A stretch of DNA of 20,490 nucleotides, taken from Acanthaster planci. Its lineage: Eukaryota. The notes under the pieces were generated by a model, which saw only the letters and a program-made list of their open reading frames with translations, ran no database searches and had not been told where the DNA came from. How positions within the stretch are numbered: position 1 is the first letter of the stretch; every line of letters starts with the position of its first letter. This document shows positions 10,792-20,490 of this stretch, piece after piece. The position numbers and the translations under genes were made by a program. Where the stretch lies: positions 2,441,107 to 2,461,596 of the forward strand of contig NW_019091355.1 of assembly GCF_001949145.1 (NCBI RefSeq), in the 5' to 3' direction.

Positions 10792-10864
10792 GTGACGTAA
10801 CATGTACATGCACGTGCATCTGTGACGTACATGTACATGCACGTGCATCTGTGACGTATATGTA
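10792..10864. repeat. 29-30 bp tandem repeat (~2.5 copies) containing TGACGT and CACGTG motifs
   Basis: gtgacgta(a)catgtacatgcacgtgcatct at 10792 and 10822, partial copy at 10851. Confidence 0.9.
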
Positions 10865-10945
10865 TGTAGCTGCACATTGTTATGCTTGCCCTTGTTGAAG
10901 AATTCGAAGGGAAGTGTTTAACTTGGTCATTCGTGCCCCTCCCCT

Positions 10946-11158
10946 CCGGCGAAACGATTTTCAAAGTGGGGGGGAACCAGTTGTTAGACCAGGCCTATAA
11001 GTATAATTAAAAGTATTTGAGAAAAAAGCTATTAAATAGGCCGATCCATTTAGCCCCATTCTATAAGGCCCTGCAAAAAGTGCGGGGGAGCCATTCCCCC
11101 AGCCGAAAAAGCGGGGACGTACCACAGTCCCCCTACCCCCCTGCTTCCGTCACCAGTG
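10946..11158. mobile_element. Non-autonomous hAT-like MITE (213 bp) about 205 bp upstream of the copy C start codon
   Basis: Exact 8-bp direct repeat cctcccct at 10938-10945 and 11159-11166. The right end ccccctgcttccgtcaccagtg mirrors a damaged left end ccggcgaaacg..aaagtggggggg. An 8-bp TSD is typical of hAT. Confidence 0.7.
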
Positions 11159-11225
11159 CCTCCCCTTCACTGTGCACCGTACCGCCGCGCCCAAAGGTTG
11201 GTTGTCTGATTTTTGTAACCACGAC

Positions 11226-11344
11226 TGACCTCTTGACCAAGGTGAATCTGTATTGTTGGGCTGTCTGCACAATTGGCCGTCAGCTGCCACCATACACTAG
11301 GCGCACCAAGTGTGGCGTGCATAATAATATATTGGTTGACCTTG
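11226..11344. promoter_or_regulatory. Candidate nuclear-receptor elements just upstream of copy C
   Basis: TGACCT-ct-TGACCA (DR2, 11226-11239), overlapping CCAAGGTGA (11237-11245), and TGACCTTG (= CAAGGTCA on the - strand, 11337-11344). Motif matches only. Confidence 0.3.
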
Positions 11345-11363
11345 CGACAGAAGCAGCAATAAA

Positions 11364-14300
11364 ATGGCTGCTTTTGACGTTGTTGGAGATGTTTACCTGA
11401 ATGTGACCACATTGTTGGTGGCCATAGGAACGCTGGCTCTCTATGCCCTGTACAGAAGCACCAAGCGGCCCGCAGGCTTCCCGCCCGGGCCAACTGCACT
11501 ACCGCTTGTGGGAAACATTTCCCGTGAGTACTGACTGAACGTAAAAGTCCAACTTCCAATTAATGCTTGCTAAGTATCGTGCTTGATAGGATCACACACT
11601 TGGCCAAGTTCAATTGCCACCTAAGGGAATGTGACTTCTTGCAGTTGTAGGCCTGTATGACTTAGCGTGGTCACGGGGTTGTGGTTTAGTCGGTCACTCA
11701 AAAGCCAAAATCAAGCAAAGTCATGATAATATAGAGGAATCTCGAGATATAAAATATAGTTTGCTATTGTGTGTTCACTGAACCATAGAGGTAGGAATAT
11801 TTTAAAATATAAATGGCAACTGCTACAATTATGTGGACGCTGTGAACTGTATCATAAAGCAAAGAATAGAGACTAGACTGTTGGGATTGTGAGCACGTAC
11901 AGTGTACGGGAGTCGAACCTCAGAGGTCCTTTGGACTTGGCAGATATGAGGAATGAAACAATAAGAGCTGAGCCGCAAGGATTGGTGCTGAAGCATGATG
12001 TTTTGATCACAATAACCTACAGTGCAAAAAAACAGAGCTTGGGTTAGAAATGGATGCAGATTACATGTTGATCATGCGACTTAAATTTTGAGAGATTTGT
12101 AATTCTGAGGGGCATTATCATCAAACAAACATTGAAAGTGTGTTTTACCATGCATCTGTGTCAATTTCCACATTCTTAGATTATCGTCAGTCTACCTGGC
12201 CTTACGTAATTAAATGTGAGTCAGGGAATTCCACTTTGTTTCTTGTTTTACTTTTTTACATTTTTGCTTTCTTTCTTTTAGTATTTTTGACCAAGAAGGC
12301 TCCCCAGAAAGTGTTTCAAGATCTCTCGAAGAAATATGGCAGCGTTTATTCCCTTACGTTGATCAATGAGAACGCGATCGTTCTTAGCAGCATAGACATT
12401 GTCAAGGAGGCTCTTCTCACAAAGGGTGTGGAGTTCGCCGGTCGTCCATGGATATACTCAAGTAATGCTGTCACATAGGAAGACCTCATTCACGGTTTAT
12501 TATCTGTGACTCTGCCTATGTAACAGAATGAGTCAAAAGTCGCTGTAGAGGCATTTTCGAGTTCGAGGCCTTAAGAAGAACCTTACACAATGTACACGTG
12601 TGCGAATCACAAGGAGCCCTCAACTAGCTTAATCGGAATGCCATTGGAAATGGGCGATAAACAAAAAAGAGATTTTACTTTCTCTTTCACAATAAATTAC
12701 TGAAGAAAGGCCGTTTGACTGATTTAATATATATGTTGGGTTACATTTCTAAATTTGCTTTATTCAGGTGGAACTCACAGCTAGGAATCGAATGCATGTG
12801 CTATTTTCAAACCTTCTATACACAGATACATAATGGTAGAAACAAAGAAACAAAAAGTGCTTACAAATGATTAATAACAAGGATGATGCATTCAGACAGT
12901 GCGTGAATCACATTAAAAGGATATTAAATCAAAATGAAATTCGGTTTTGAGTATCCGCCATCTAAAATTCTTCTTTGAAATGTTAGGTGACTTATTCACC
13001 GAGGGATTTAAGAATATCGCCTCACCCAATTATGGACCGCAGTGGCGATATCAACGCAAACTTGGTCATACTGCAGTAAGGTAAGTCAGTTCACTTGTTT
13101 ACATCTGTCATATCTAAAACAATTTCACTTTTTACTTGGTCAAAGCCAGGTGAGGAGTGCAGAGAGTGAAATAAACCTTGTACCCTGATTTTCTCGATAA
13201 AGGTGGCTGTCACTTCAGACACAACAGTTCATCTTGCAATAAAAGTGCATCTAACCAAACTTAGTGCTAAGGATGTGCTATTCTTCATCTCTAATTTCTA
13301 GCCGTAGGTGCACCTTCATTTGCATGAGTACCAATTAATTACACCAGTTGAATACTAATTCACACCAAAAGAATGACTTCCAACTCAACCTTGACGTGGT
13401 CAATGGTTGGATTTGGACAGACAGTTTTCCTGCTGAGAAACGTACTTGTTGAGTGATGAGCACATTGTAGGTACATGTAGTTACAACGAAGAGCATTGTA
13501 CCAATGCTTTCATGATCAGGCATTTCGCACAGAAGGAGCAGTTGGAGAAGCTTGTGTTTGACACCATCCCTCAAATCTCCAAATATCTTGACGACCTGGG
13601 AGATAAGCCATTTGCTCCTAAATGGATAATGGGCCAAATCGTCTTCACTGTCATAGCCAACTTGTGCTTCGGGAAGCAGTGAGTATAGGTTAAAACTACA
13701 GTATTAATAACAACCATGCACTAAGCACAATATGTTTAAAGTGACTAGGATAGGACTAGTTATCGTTTGAATTTAAGGAGTTTTTCTAACTTGTATAAAG
13801 CAGCTGGTTCAGAAAATAATCAGCTTTGTGTTCAAGATAAACAGATGATCAAGATTTCGTAAATGCACCATGGTTTGACATGTTTGACAAAAGAATAATC
13901 CATTTTCCAAATATGGGACTCGTTCAATGAATCTATTTGCTCAAAAATGAGCAAGATTAATGTTCGTTTCACAATACTGTTTACGTACAATCTTTCCAGT
14001 AATCCTTAAGTTATTACGTTACTTCAAATTAATGCAAGTAGTATGGAAAGCTGTTAAGCAGCTGAAACTTAAACAACAAAAAAGAAGTTAAACCAAACAA
14101 TAGAACTTCATTGCTTCCATTCCTGTACATCTCAACAGGTACCAGTTCAATGAACCAGAACTCATGAAATGGATTGACGCCTACACTAATGTGATTCAGT
14201 GTCTGATTGATGGTCTACCAGCCGATTACATACCCCTCTTTCGGTACATCCCAACCCCAAAGGAGACCAAATTCAAGAAATTCCTGAAAATATTCCATGA

Positions 14301-16208
14301 CAAGTTTTATCATGAGTTCAACAAACATCGTCACAGCTTCGATCCAGGTGAGTGGTGAAGACAAACCTGCTAGGATTCTGAGGAACTGACATAGTAAAGG
14401 AGGTAGACATCTACCTCTTTGTTCCTAAAACAGACCAGGAGGTGTTTGAGAAGATTCTATGTGGTTCAGGAAGGTAGACTAGATCTTCTCCATTTTGCAA
14501 GGGACATGAGACAACTTGAATGTTTGAGAGTAAAGAATGTTCACTGGCTTCAGTGGGTTAAAGAATGTTCCTAGAAAATTAACCTGTAACAGTTTTAATG
14601 TTTTTGCCCCTGCCGAAATATCTGTGTGTGCGAAATGATACCGCTTTTTTGGCCTAACACAGTGAAATAAAGGTAGTAACAACCAGCTTTCTTTTGCATA
14701 AATAGAGTGCATAAATGATTTCTTGGACTCGTTGCTGCGCACCCAGAAGGAGAATATTGAAGCGGGAGAGGAGGGAGCTGACCGTCTGACAGACACTCAC
14801 CTCGTCCAGACAGTGGTAGATACTGTTGTGGGTAGGTAAAGAAGGCACCGTGAAGAAGATGATGTATACGTAAAGCTGTGCCGTTCATAAATCCCTCAAA
14901 TAGGGAGACAAGTTTGGTAAAGTTTTTTGCAACAGTTTCTTTAGTTTTACTTTAGTTTTACTTTAGTTAAACTAGCTAAGATTGCAACACACCATTTAAT
15001 TAACTTGTATTTGAGAAAATTCACGTAAAGCTTTACAGATATTTGATAAAAACTGTCACTAAACACCAAATTAAAAGTCTGATTATATATGGTCAAGTTA
15101 TTTGTTCAATCGCTTAGACTTTACGTTGAATTTTCATCATAATATTTTTTAGCTATTTTGTTTCCCCGAGAGAACGCTTGTACCATATCCACAAAATGTT
15201 CCCAATGTCACAGGTCAGTCTGCACTATCATGGAAAGACCCATGTGACTTTGCAGTTAATTAATAGTGTCATGTCAAGTGTCATTCCTCTTAAAAAGAGC
15301 CGTGGGTCTGTTTTTCCTTTATTTTAGCGGCAACAGAGACAACAACGGTAAGTTTACACTGGGCTGTCGCTCTAATGGCAGAGCACCCCAGCATTCAGGA
15401 AAAGATTGCCATGGAAATTGATGAGGTCGTAGGCCGGGATCGCATGCCGTCGCTGGATGACATGGGTTCACTGCCTTTCACTGAAGCCACCATCCTGGAG
15501 ATTCTGCGCTATGGTTCAGTAATTCCCTTTGGTGTTCCACATCGTGTGATGGCTGACACAACTTTGGGTAAGTGTCCCCTCTCTATTTAAGTGTTCTCAT
15601 TCCGGTTGTATTTCAACCAGTTTAAAAAGATGAGGTCTAACATTTGTTATAATTTGTCCATTTGGATTTTTTAAAGACAATGAAGGACAATGGCTTACTT
15701 GACGAGAAAAACAGACTAGAGGAGACAGAAACAAAAGGCGGTCTCATTTGCGCAAGTCTGTCCTCTGGTGTATGAAACTTTGCTTATATGGGAGAGTGCT
15801 ATTTTACGGACCAACGTAATACATTATAGACATACTTCTTCTTCAGGTGGATACAACATTCCAAAGGGAACAACGGTGTTGATCAATCTTTTTGCTTTGC
15901 ACTACGACCGCAGTCAATGGGTTGAGCCAGAGATATTCCAACCAAAACGTTTTCTGGATAGCAATGGGCGGCTGGCCTCTCAACTCCCAAACAGCTTCTT
16001 ACCCTTCTCCTGCGGACGCCGCGTCTGCCTCGGTAAGGACTTCGCCCAGAAGGAAATCTTCTTGCTTTTCACGTGGCTGCTGAGCCGTTACACGATCTAC
16101 AAGGTACCGGGCAAGGAAGGGGAGTCCTTGCTGACGGTGAAAGAGTCGGCAGCCTTTGCTCACCAACCCTACGACGAGATTGAAGTCTGCGTGAAGAGAC
16201 GCTTCTAG
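11364..16208 (+). CDS. Cytochrome P450 copy C, clan 2, CYP17-like divergent paralogue; 8 exons, 509 aa
   Basis: Exons 11364-11523, 12282-12461, 12987-13080, 13520-13678, 14139-14347, 14706-14831, 15328-15567, 15847-16208; all GT-AG, total 1530 nt. Exons 2-7 have the same lengths as in copy B (180/94/159/209/126/240). Motifs: PPGPTALPLVGN, FAGRP, WRYQRK, AATETT, EILR, PKRF, PFSCGRRVCLG. Confidence 0.95.
11890..11985 (-). mobile_element. Possible degenerate tRNA-derived SINE head in intron 1 of copy C
   Basis: The - strand reads ggttcgactcc (B box, 11909-11919) with a weak A-box-like gcggctcagc about 50 nt upstream; boundaries uncertain. Confidence 0.3.
14939..14968. repeat. 11-bp tandem repeat (ctttagtttta) x2.7
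   Basis: Read directly in intron 6 of copy C. Confidence 0.85.
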
Positions 16209-16541
16209 GCTCAATGATTGAGGGCCATGTTAAGAGTGATACCCATGTCGTGTCAGTCCTGTACCTTTTGTAGGGTTTGGCAAGAGTTTATATGTTAGGA
16301 AGGCTGTACGAGTTAGTCTTCATGCAGTGCAGTTTTATTCTGATATAAGGTGGATTTACTGAATGTAGGTGTAGATAATGGGGAAGAAAGGAAATCGTCA
16401 AAACAATGGTGAAATATTTTTATAAGAAATATATTTTTTAGTTTTTGGAAGACTGGAGTGCGTCCAAATTATATAGAAATATTGTTTTAAAGGTTTACCT
16501 TAAAAGAGGATATTTTCAAAGTACATGTAGGGCCTATGAGA

Positions 16542-16547
16542 AATAAA
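16542..16547 (+). terminator. Candidate polyadenylation signal of CYP copy C
   Basis: AATAAA about 335 nt after the stop codon; motif evidence only. Confidence 0.45.
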
Positions 16548-18284
16548 GATTTTTACCACGTAGACCCCGAATTGTCAAAATGTAAAGGATGTCTGTTATT
16601 GAAAGATGAACCCAGTGCACGGTTATTTGCCTGTGTGTCCGTTTAACATTCTACCTGTGTGTCAGTGCAGTGTTCTTCGTCTCCAGTTAGTTAACCACAC
16701 CGCACTGTCAATGGCAGTCTGCATGGAAGCCACAACCTCATCGGGTGAAGTAGATATCTTGTCAAAGAAGTAGGGGATATTTATAATACTCGGACTCAAC
16801 TGCAAGATGGAAACTGATTTTTCGCCTATATGTGTTTACTTTCTGGGGAAGTGAGAATCTTCTTCCCCAATACATGTGCCACATCTTATTCCTTGAATGG
16901 GTGGCATCAAGTAAAGATAGACACATCCATTTTGTCTTTTTCTGTACATTGTGACTTAATTTGGGTTTTGTATTGTAATGATGTATATATTTTGTACTGC
17001 TTGTTCTTATTTCAACGAAGTAACTTCCAAGAAAGCTCAGGATACAAAATATTTCTTCCTTGCATTTCAGCTGTGCTGGTTGATTGCAGTTTTCAGTTTG
17101 CAGTGATGCAGAACTATTGAATACATTCACCTGATTTTTCTTGTCCTGTCTTTCTTCTTGATTTTCTTGCCGGTAACCCTGAACACTTGTTGTTCAACGT
17201 TTGCTATGTGCCACCTTTTTCTGTTTCTGCAGTTGTGATCTGTTTTAGTCAAACCTCACTTGATAATAAGTCGTTACACAATCGCATGCTACCCGTTGAC
17301 TTGGTCGAAATTAACATCGCTCCGCCGAGTACATGTAATTTATTTTAAAAGGAGTGATAAGTCTTCCACTTTCTTACTGAATGGCTTGTCCAACAAAAAG
17401 TGATGCAATACAAAAGGCGGTGCAAAACATAATGTGCCCCTCGTTTTTTTTCCTCTCCCGAATCTCATCTCTCTAGTTTTGGCTCAAGCCTTACCACACT
17501 TAAAAGACTACCATCTAAGTCAAATTCACCACTAGTTCATGTTGTATTCCATTTGACCATACTTTATATTCTTATAAACATAGTAAACAGAAACATAAAT
17601 AAACATATTAGTTTTTTTTGTTTAAATCTTCGGTCCATCGACATTGGTTATCACATGTACACGAGTGTTTCCAGTAAGAAGATACAGATGCATAATTAAT
17701 ACGCATACCAGTGATTCCCATGATAAAAATAAGATAATCGATTTTTCACATAAACAAAAGTAAACACTCCAGATGTTATCTTGAATTGACATAATGTATA
17801 TCCAGTGCTTTAAGCTGTGTGAACGAGCGTGCTTGTAAATTCGTTAAACATAGTAATCAACAACCGAACTTACAAATCACAAAAAGTGTAAACATATATC
17901 AAGCAGAATTAGATTACAAGCCATATTACACATCACAGAACGAAGCAAAAACTCGGCCATTTTATTTTAATGCAGAAAGAAGATCGAAACGTCTGCATGA
18001 TCTCACTGAGTGGTGCCCTGGAATGATATTACTGCACACTATTATCGGTGATACACTATATAAGATGTGAAGTTAAATGCACATGTAGACAACATTCATT
18101 TTGGAGTACACAAGAAAGCAACAGCGATTGAAAATTGGAAATACAAGGGGAGGGAACGCAATGAAAATAATATTTAAAGGACGCACAGTGGCCTCCATTG
18201 ACATATGTCGTGCAAGTCTCCCTTGAAAAGTGCACAGATACATTGTTCAGTCATTGAGACCAAAGATCGTATCGCGCGTAGCGC

Positions 18285-18492
18285 GCGGCGCAAGATGGGG
18301 AACTTCAACATGAATACGCGTAAAACGTTGTTATCACATGGGCGCCATTCTGGTTGGACTACGCCTGCGCAGTGCATGTTAATGTACGTGCGCGTAGGCG
18401 CCGCGACAGGCACGCACACACACTAACGTTCACACTCAAATTGCGCCCATGGTGATAACACCCTTGTGGCAGAATTACCCATCTTGCGCCGC
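18285..18492. mobile_element. CpG-rich foldback/MITE-like element just downstream of the GPCR stop
   Basis: Perfect 15-bp IR gcggcgcaagatggg (18285-18299) / cccatcttgcgccgc (18478-18492), plus an inner IR tgttatcacatgggcgc (18329-18345) / gcgcccatggtgataaca (18443-18460). True termini and TSD not resolved. Confidence 0.75.
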
Positions 18493-18529
18493 TATGCAGC
18501 TCTATATAATCTTTGATTGAGACTATAGT

Positions 18530-18535
18530 TTTATT
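18530..18535 (-). terminator. Candidate polyadenylation signal of the GPCR gene
   Basis: tttatt on + (AATAAA on -) about 157 nt after the predicted stop; alternatives at 17961 and ~17340. Confidence 0.3.
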
Positions 18536-18691
18536 GTCGTTAAGTGCCATCTGTGTTTGTGGTACTGTGCCTCTTGCAGTGGTGATGGTGTGGTTCCTTA
18601 CGGTCAGACGGACTATAATACATATACACAGCGACTATTCTCGCCCTACAGTTTTCTGCTGTCAGATGTAGGCTGAGAAGTCGCTTGCACC

Positions 18692-20267
18692 TTATAAATC
18701 TGCCAGGAGACCAGCAAGAGTGTGCCGTTTCTGCCGGAAGTAAAAAAAAAATAAGGCATTGCCCAAATTATTAGAAATGTCATGCTCTCGGCATAACTTT
18801 TGTTGGTAATTTTTTCCCGGCAGCGTTTTTTATCAAAGAGAAGTTGAGAGCAGATTCTGAGGAAAAAATTCATGTTTAAAGAATTATAATACTCAAATAT
18901 CAACATCACTCTTGCTGTAAATGCTCAATATTGGATCCCTTTCATTGCAGACCTGCCAAAATACCCCGCTAGACATTGAGCTGCCCAAGGAAACTTCTAG
19001 AAACAAACTTGAATGTTTTTCATCGTGTACCTGTTGAAGCTCATCTTGGAGCTCGCTGAGCCTGGTCTTGTCTCGATAACTCGATGATACTGACTTGGTA
19101 CCCATCGACACGCTGGATGCTTCCATCAAACTGATGCGAAGTTGATTTCCGCGGGTGGAGTAGCACAGAGCAAACTGCAATGATTGGTACAACAGCCCAG
19201 GGACAAAGTGATAACACGCCAGATACCCTTTGCTTTGTAGTGTAACAGTATACCTGAACTCCACCTGCTGGCATACCGCACACACTCCACAAATTCTTTT
19301 AATACCTTTTTGGTGGGGCGCAATCTGCAGGTATATAAGACTGCTGCGCGCATTGGGGCATTGGTCATTCTTCCAGCTTCTTTATTTTTGTCGCCACCTT
19401 TACATTTGGGTTTCTTTGCCTTAGCCACGCCCTCTCCTCCAGCTCCACACCTGCACTGGTCTTATTACTTGTAAGTGATACCCAATATTGTAATTTATCT
19501 AGGCCTACATTTCTTAATTTGCCTTTTTCATATCTTTGTAAATACTCGTTTGCTTTGTGTGATTTCGAAACTAAATTCGGGAGGCGCCCCTGAAGTCTGT
19601 CTTGTTGCGTGTTTTGGGGGGTTGTCAATTTGTATTCATTTTCTTACGCACCGGCCTGCTTGGCTCGTTACAGTAGTTTCCATATCGATGTAAAAGTCGC
19701 AAACAGCATCGCCGAACGATGTCCGTTGACACGTCATAATTATACCGAAACAGGTTGCACAGGCAAACAAAGTAAACAAATTGGTATCAAGTTCGACTTT
19801 GCCTACTGTCTGCGCCGAGTTGTAAGAGTAGGCCCACTACTACATGACGACTATGGCATGTATAAACCCCACCACGAATTTCACCCATTTTCTCGTTATG
19901 TCTGAGACCCTGATTGAAACCCCAACAAATTTGCTGACCGTGACGAAGTACCTTTATAACTTTAGTGTTTGTCGAATGCAACCATAAATGTTGCCTGCCC
20001 TAAAATGGCAGTCAATGTTTTTAAATAAGAGAAAAGTGAATACATGTACTACACAAACACCCCCTTCCTAGTATCCGATACTATCACCCCTTCCCCTTTT
20101 TACCTTGGGAGCAAAGACCAAGCACAAGACGGCAGTGTTAGCAAAGACGATTGCGAAACCCAAGATGCAGAAATGCACATCGACATTGTTGACGAAGACT
20201 TGAAGAGCGGGGACAGCTAGAACAATGGTGATCCCGACGATGTAAACGGACAAAGCTAGATATTTAC
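18692..20267 (-). CDS. 3' end of a GABA-B receptor (subunit 2)-like class C GPCR: TM6-TM7 and short C-tail; gene continues beyond the window
   Basis: Exon 20267-20104 encodes (S)KYLALSVYIVGITIVLAVPALQVFVNNVDVHFCILGFAIVFANTAVLCLVFAPK, matching GABA-B2 SKYIGMSVYNVG..VQFCI..LCLVFVPK. Phase-0 exon 19174-19031 encodes FALCYS..RLSELQDELQQ. Probable last exon 18730-18692 encodes KRHTLAGLLADL*. All GT-AG; the last exon is the least certain. Confidence 0.85.
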
Positions 20268-20490
20268 CTGCATAGAAAACAAACTGGCAGAGCTCGGTAC
20301 ATTGTACATGTTGCTGATTGGTAGTTTAAGCGTATGCGCTTTGTTTTTTTCCCCCAGAAGATTGAGAATCGCGTCTTCCGACAAGAATACATACATGTAA
20401 TTTTTAATCTTATTGGAAAATATGAAATCAATTAGAATTTTGTATTCCCTGTTGAACTCTTACTTTGTTGTCTCTGTCGGTGTCATCGTC

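Noticed and set aside
10792..10864. CRISPR-like repeat array
   Set aside because: Units abut without spacers, the context is eukaryotic, and there are no cas genes.
16762..17130. Overlapping 122-aa and 96-aa ORFs between the CYP and GPCR genes
   Set aside because: No recognisable domain or splice-consistent exon; AT-rich intergenic/UTR sequence.
17255..17312. Penelope-type degenerate hammerhead (acttgataat..aagtc/gactt..ggtcgaaa)
   Set aside because: The catalytic core does not match and there is no supporting RT or GIY-YIG fragment; too weak without a covariance-model search.
19126..19905. Lys/Arg-rich ORFs inside the GPCR intron (19126-19428, 19365-19628, 19609-19905)
   Set aside because: No recognisable family and no good acceptor in the right phase; joining from VFAPK would stop within about ten codons.

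Overview
Eukaryotic, intron-rich, AT-rich animal genomic DNA. It is probably from a marine invertebrate deuterostome such as an echinoderm, but that is only a guess from the abundant TACATGTA/AGGCCTA motifs and repeat styles. The + strand carries a head-to-tail array of three clan-2, CYP17-like cytochrome P450 genes: the last exon of copy A (63-325), complete 9-exon copy B (3693-8950, 506 aa) and complete 8-exon copy C (11364-16208, 509 aa). The 3' end of a GABA-B-receptor-like class C GPCR converges on them from the - strand (18692-20267). A and B are a recent duplicate pair. C is older, lacks the PERF-motif intron exactly, and has a remodelled active site, whereas B keeps most CYP17A1-type steroid-contact residues. 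Non-coding DNA holds a decayed retroelement-like ORF, an L2-type 3' tail, a tRNA-derived SINE, several MITE/foldback elements and a 61-bp TTAA-flanked hairpin. I found no wholly new class of system. The best candidate for undescribed biology is the diversifying CYP17-like array. All alignments and counts were done by eye.
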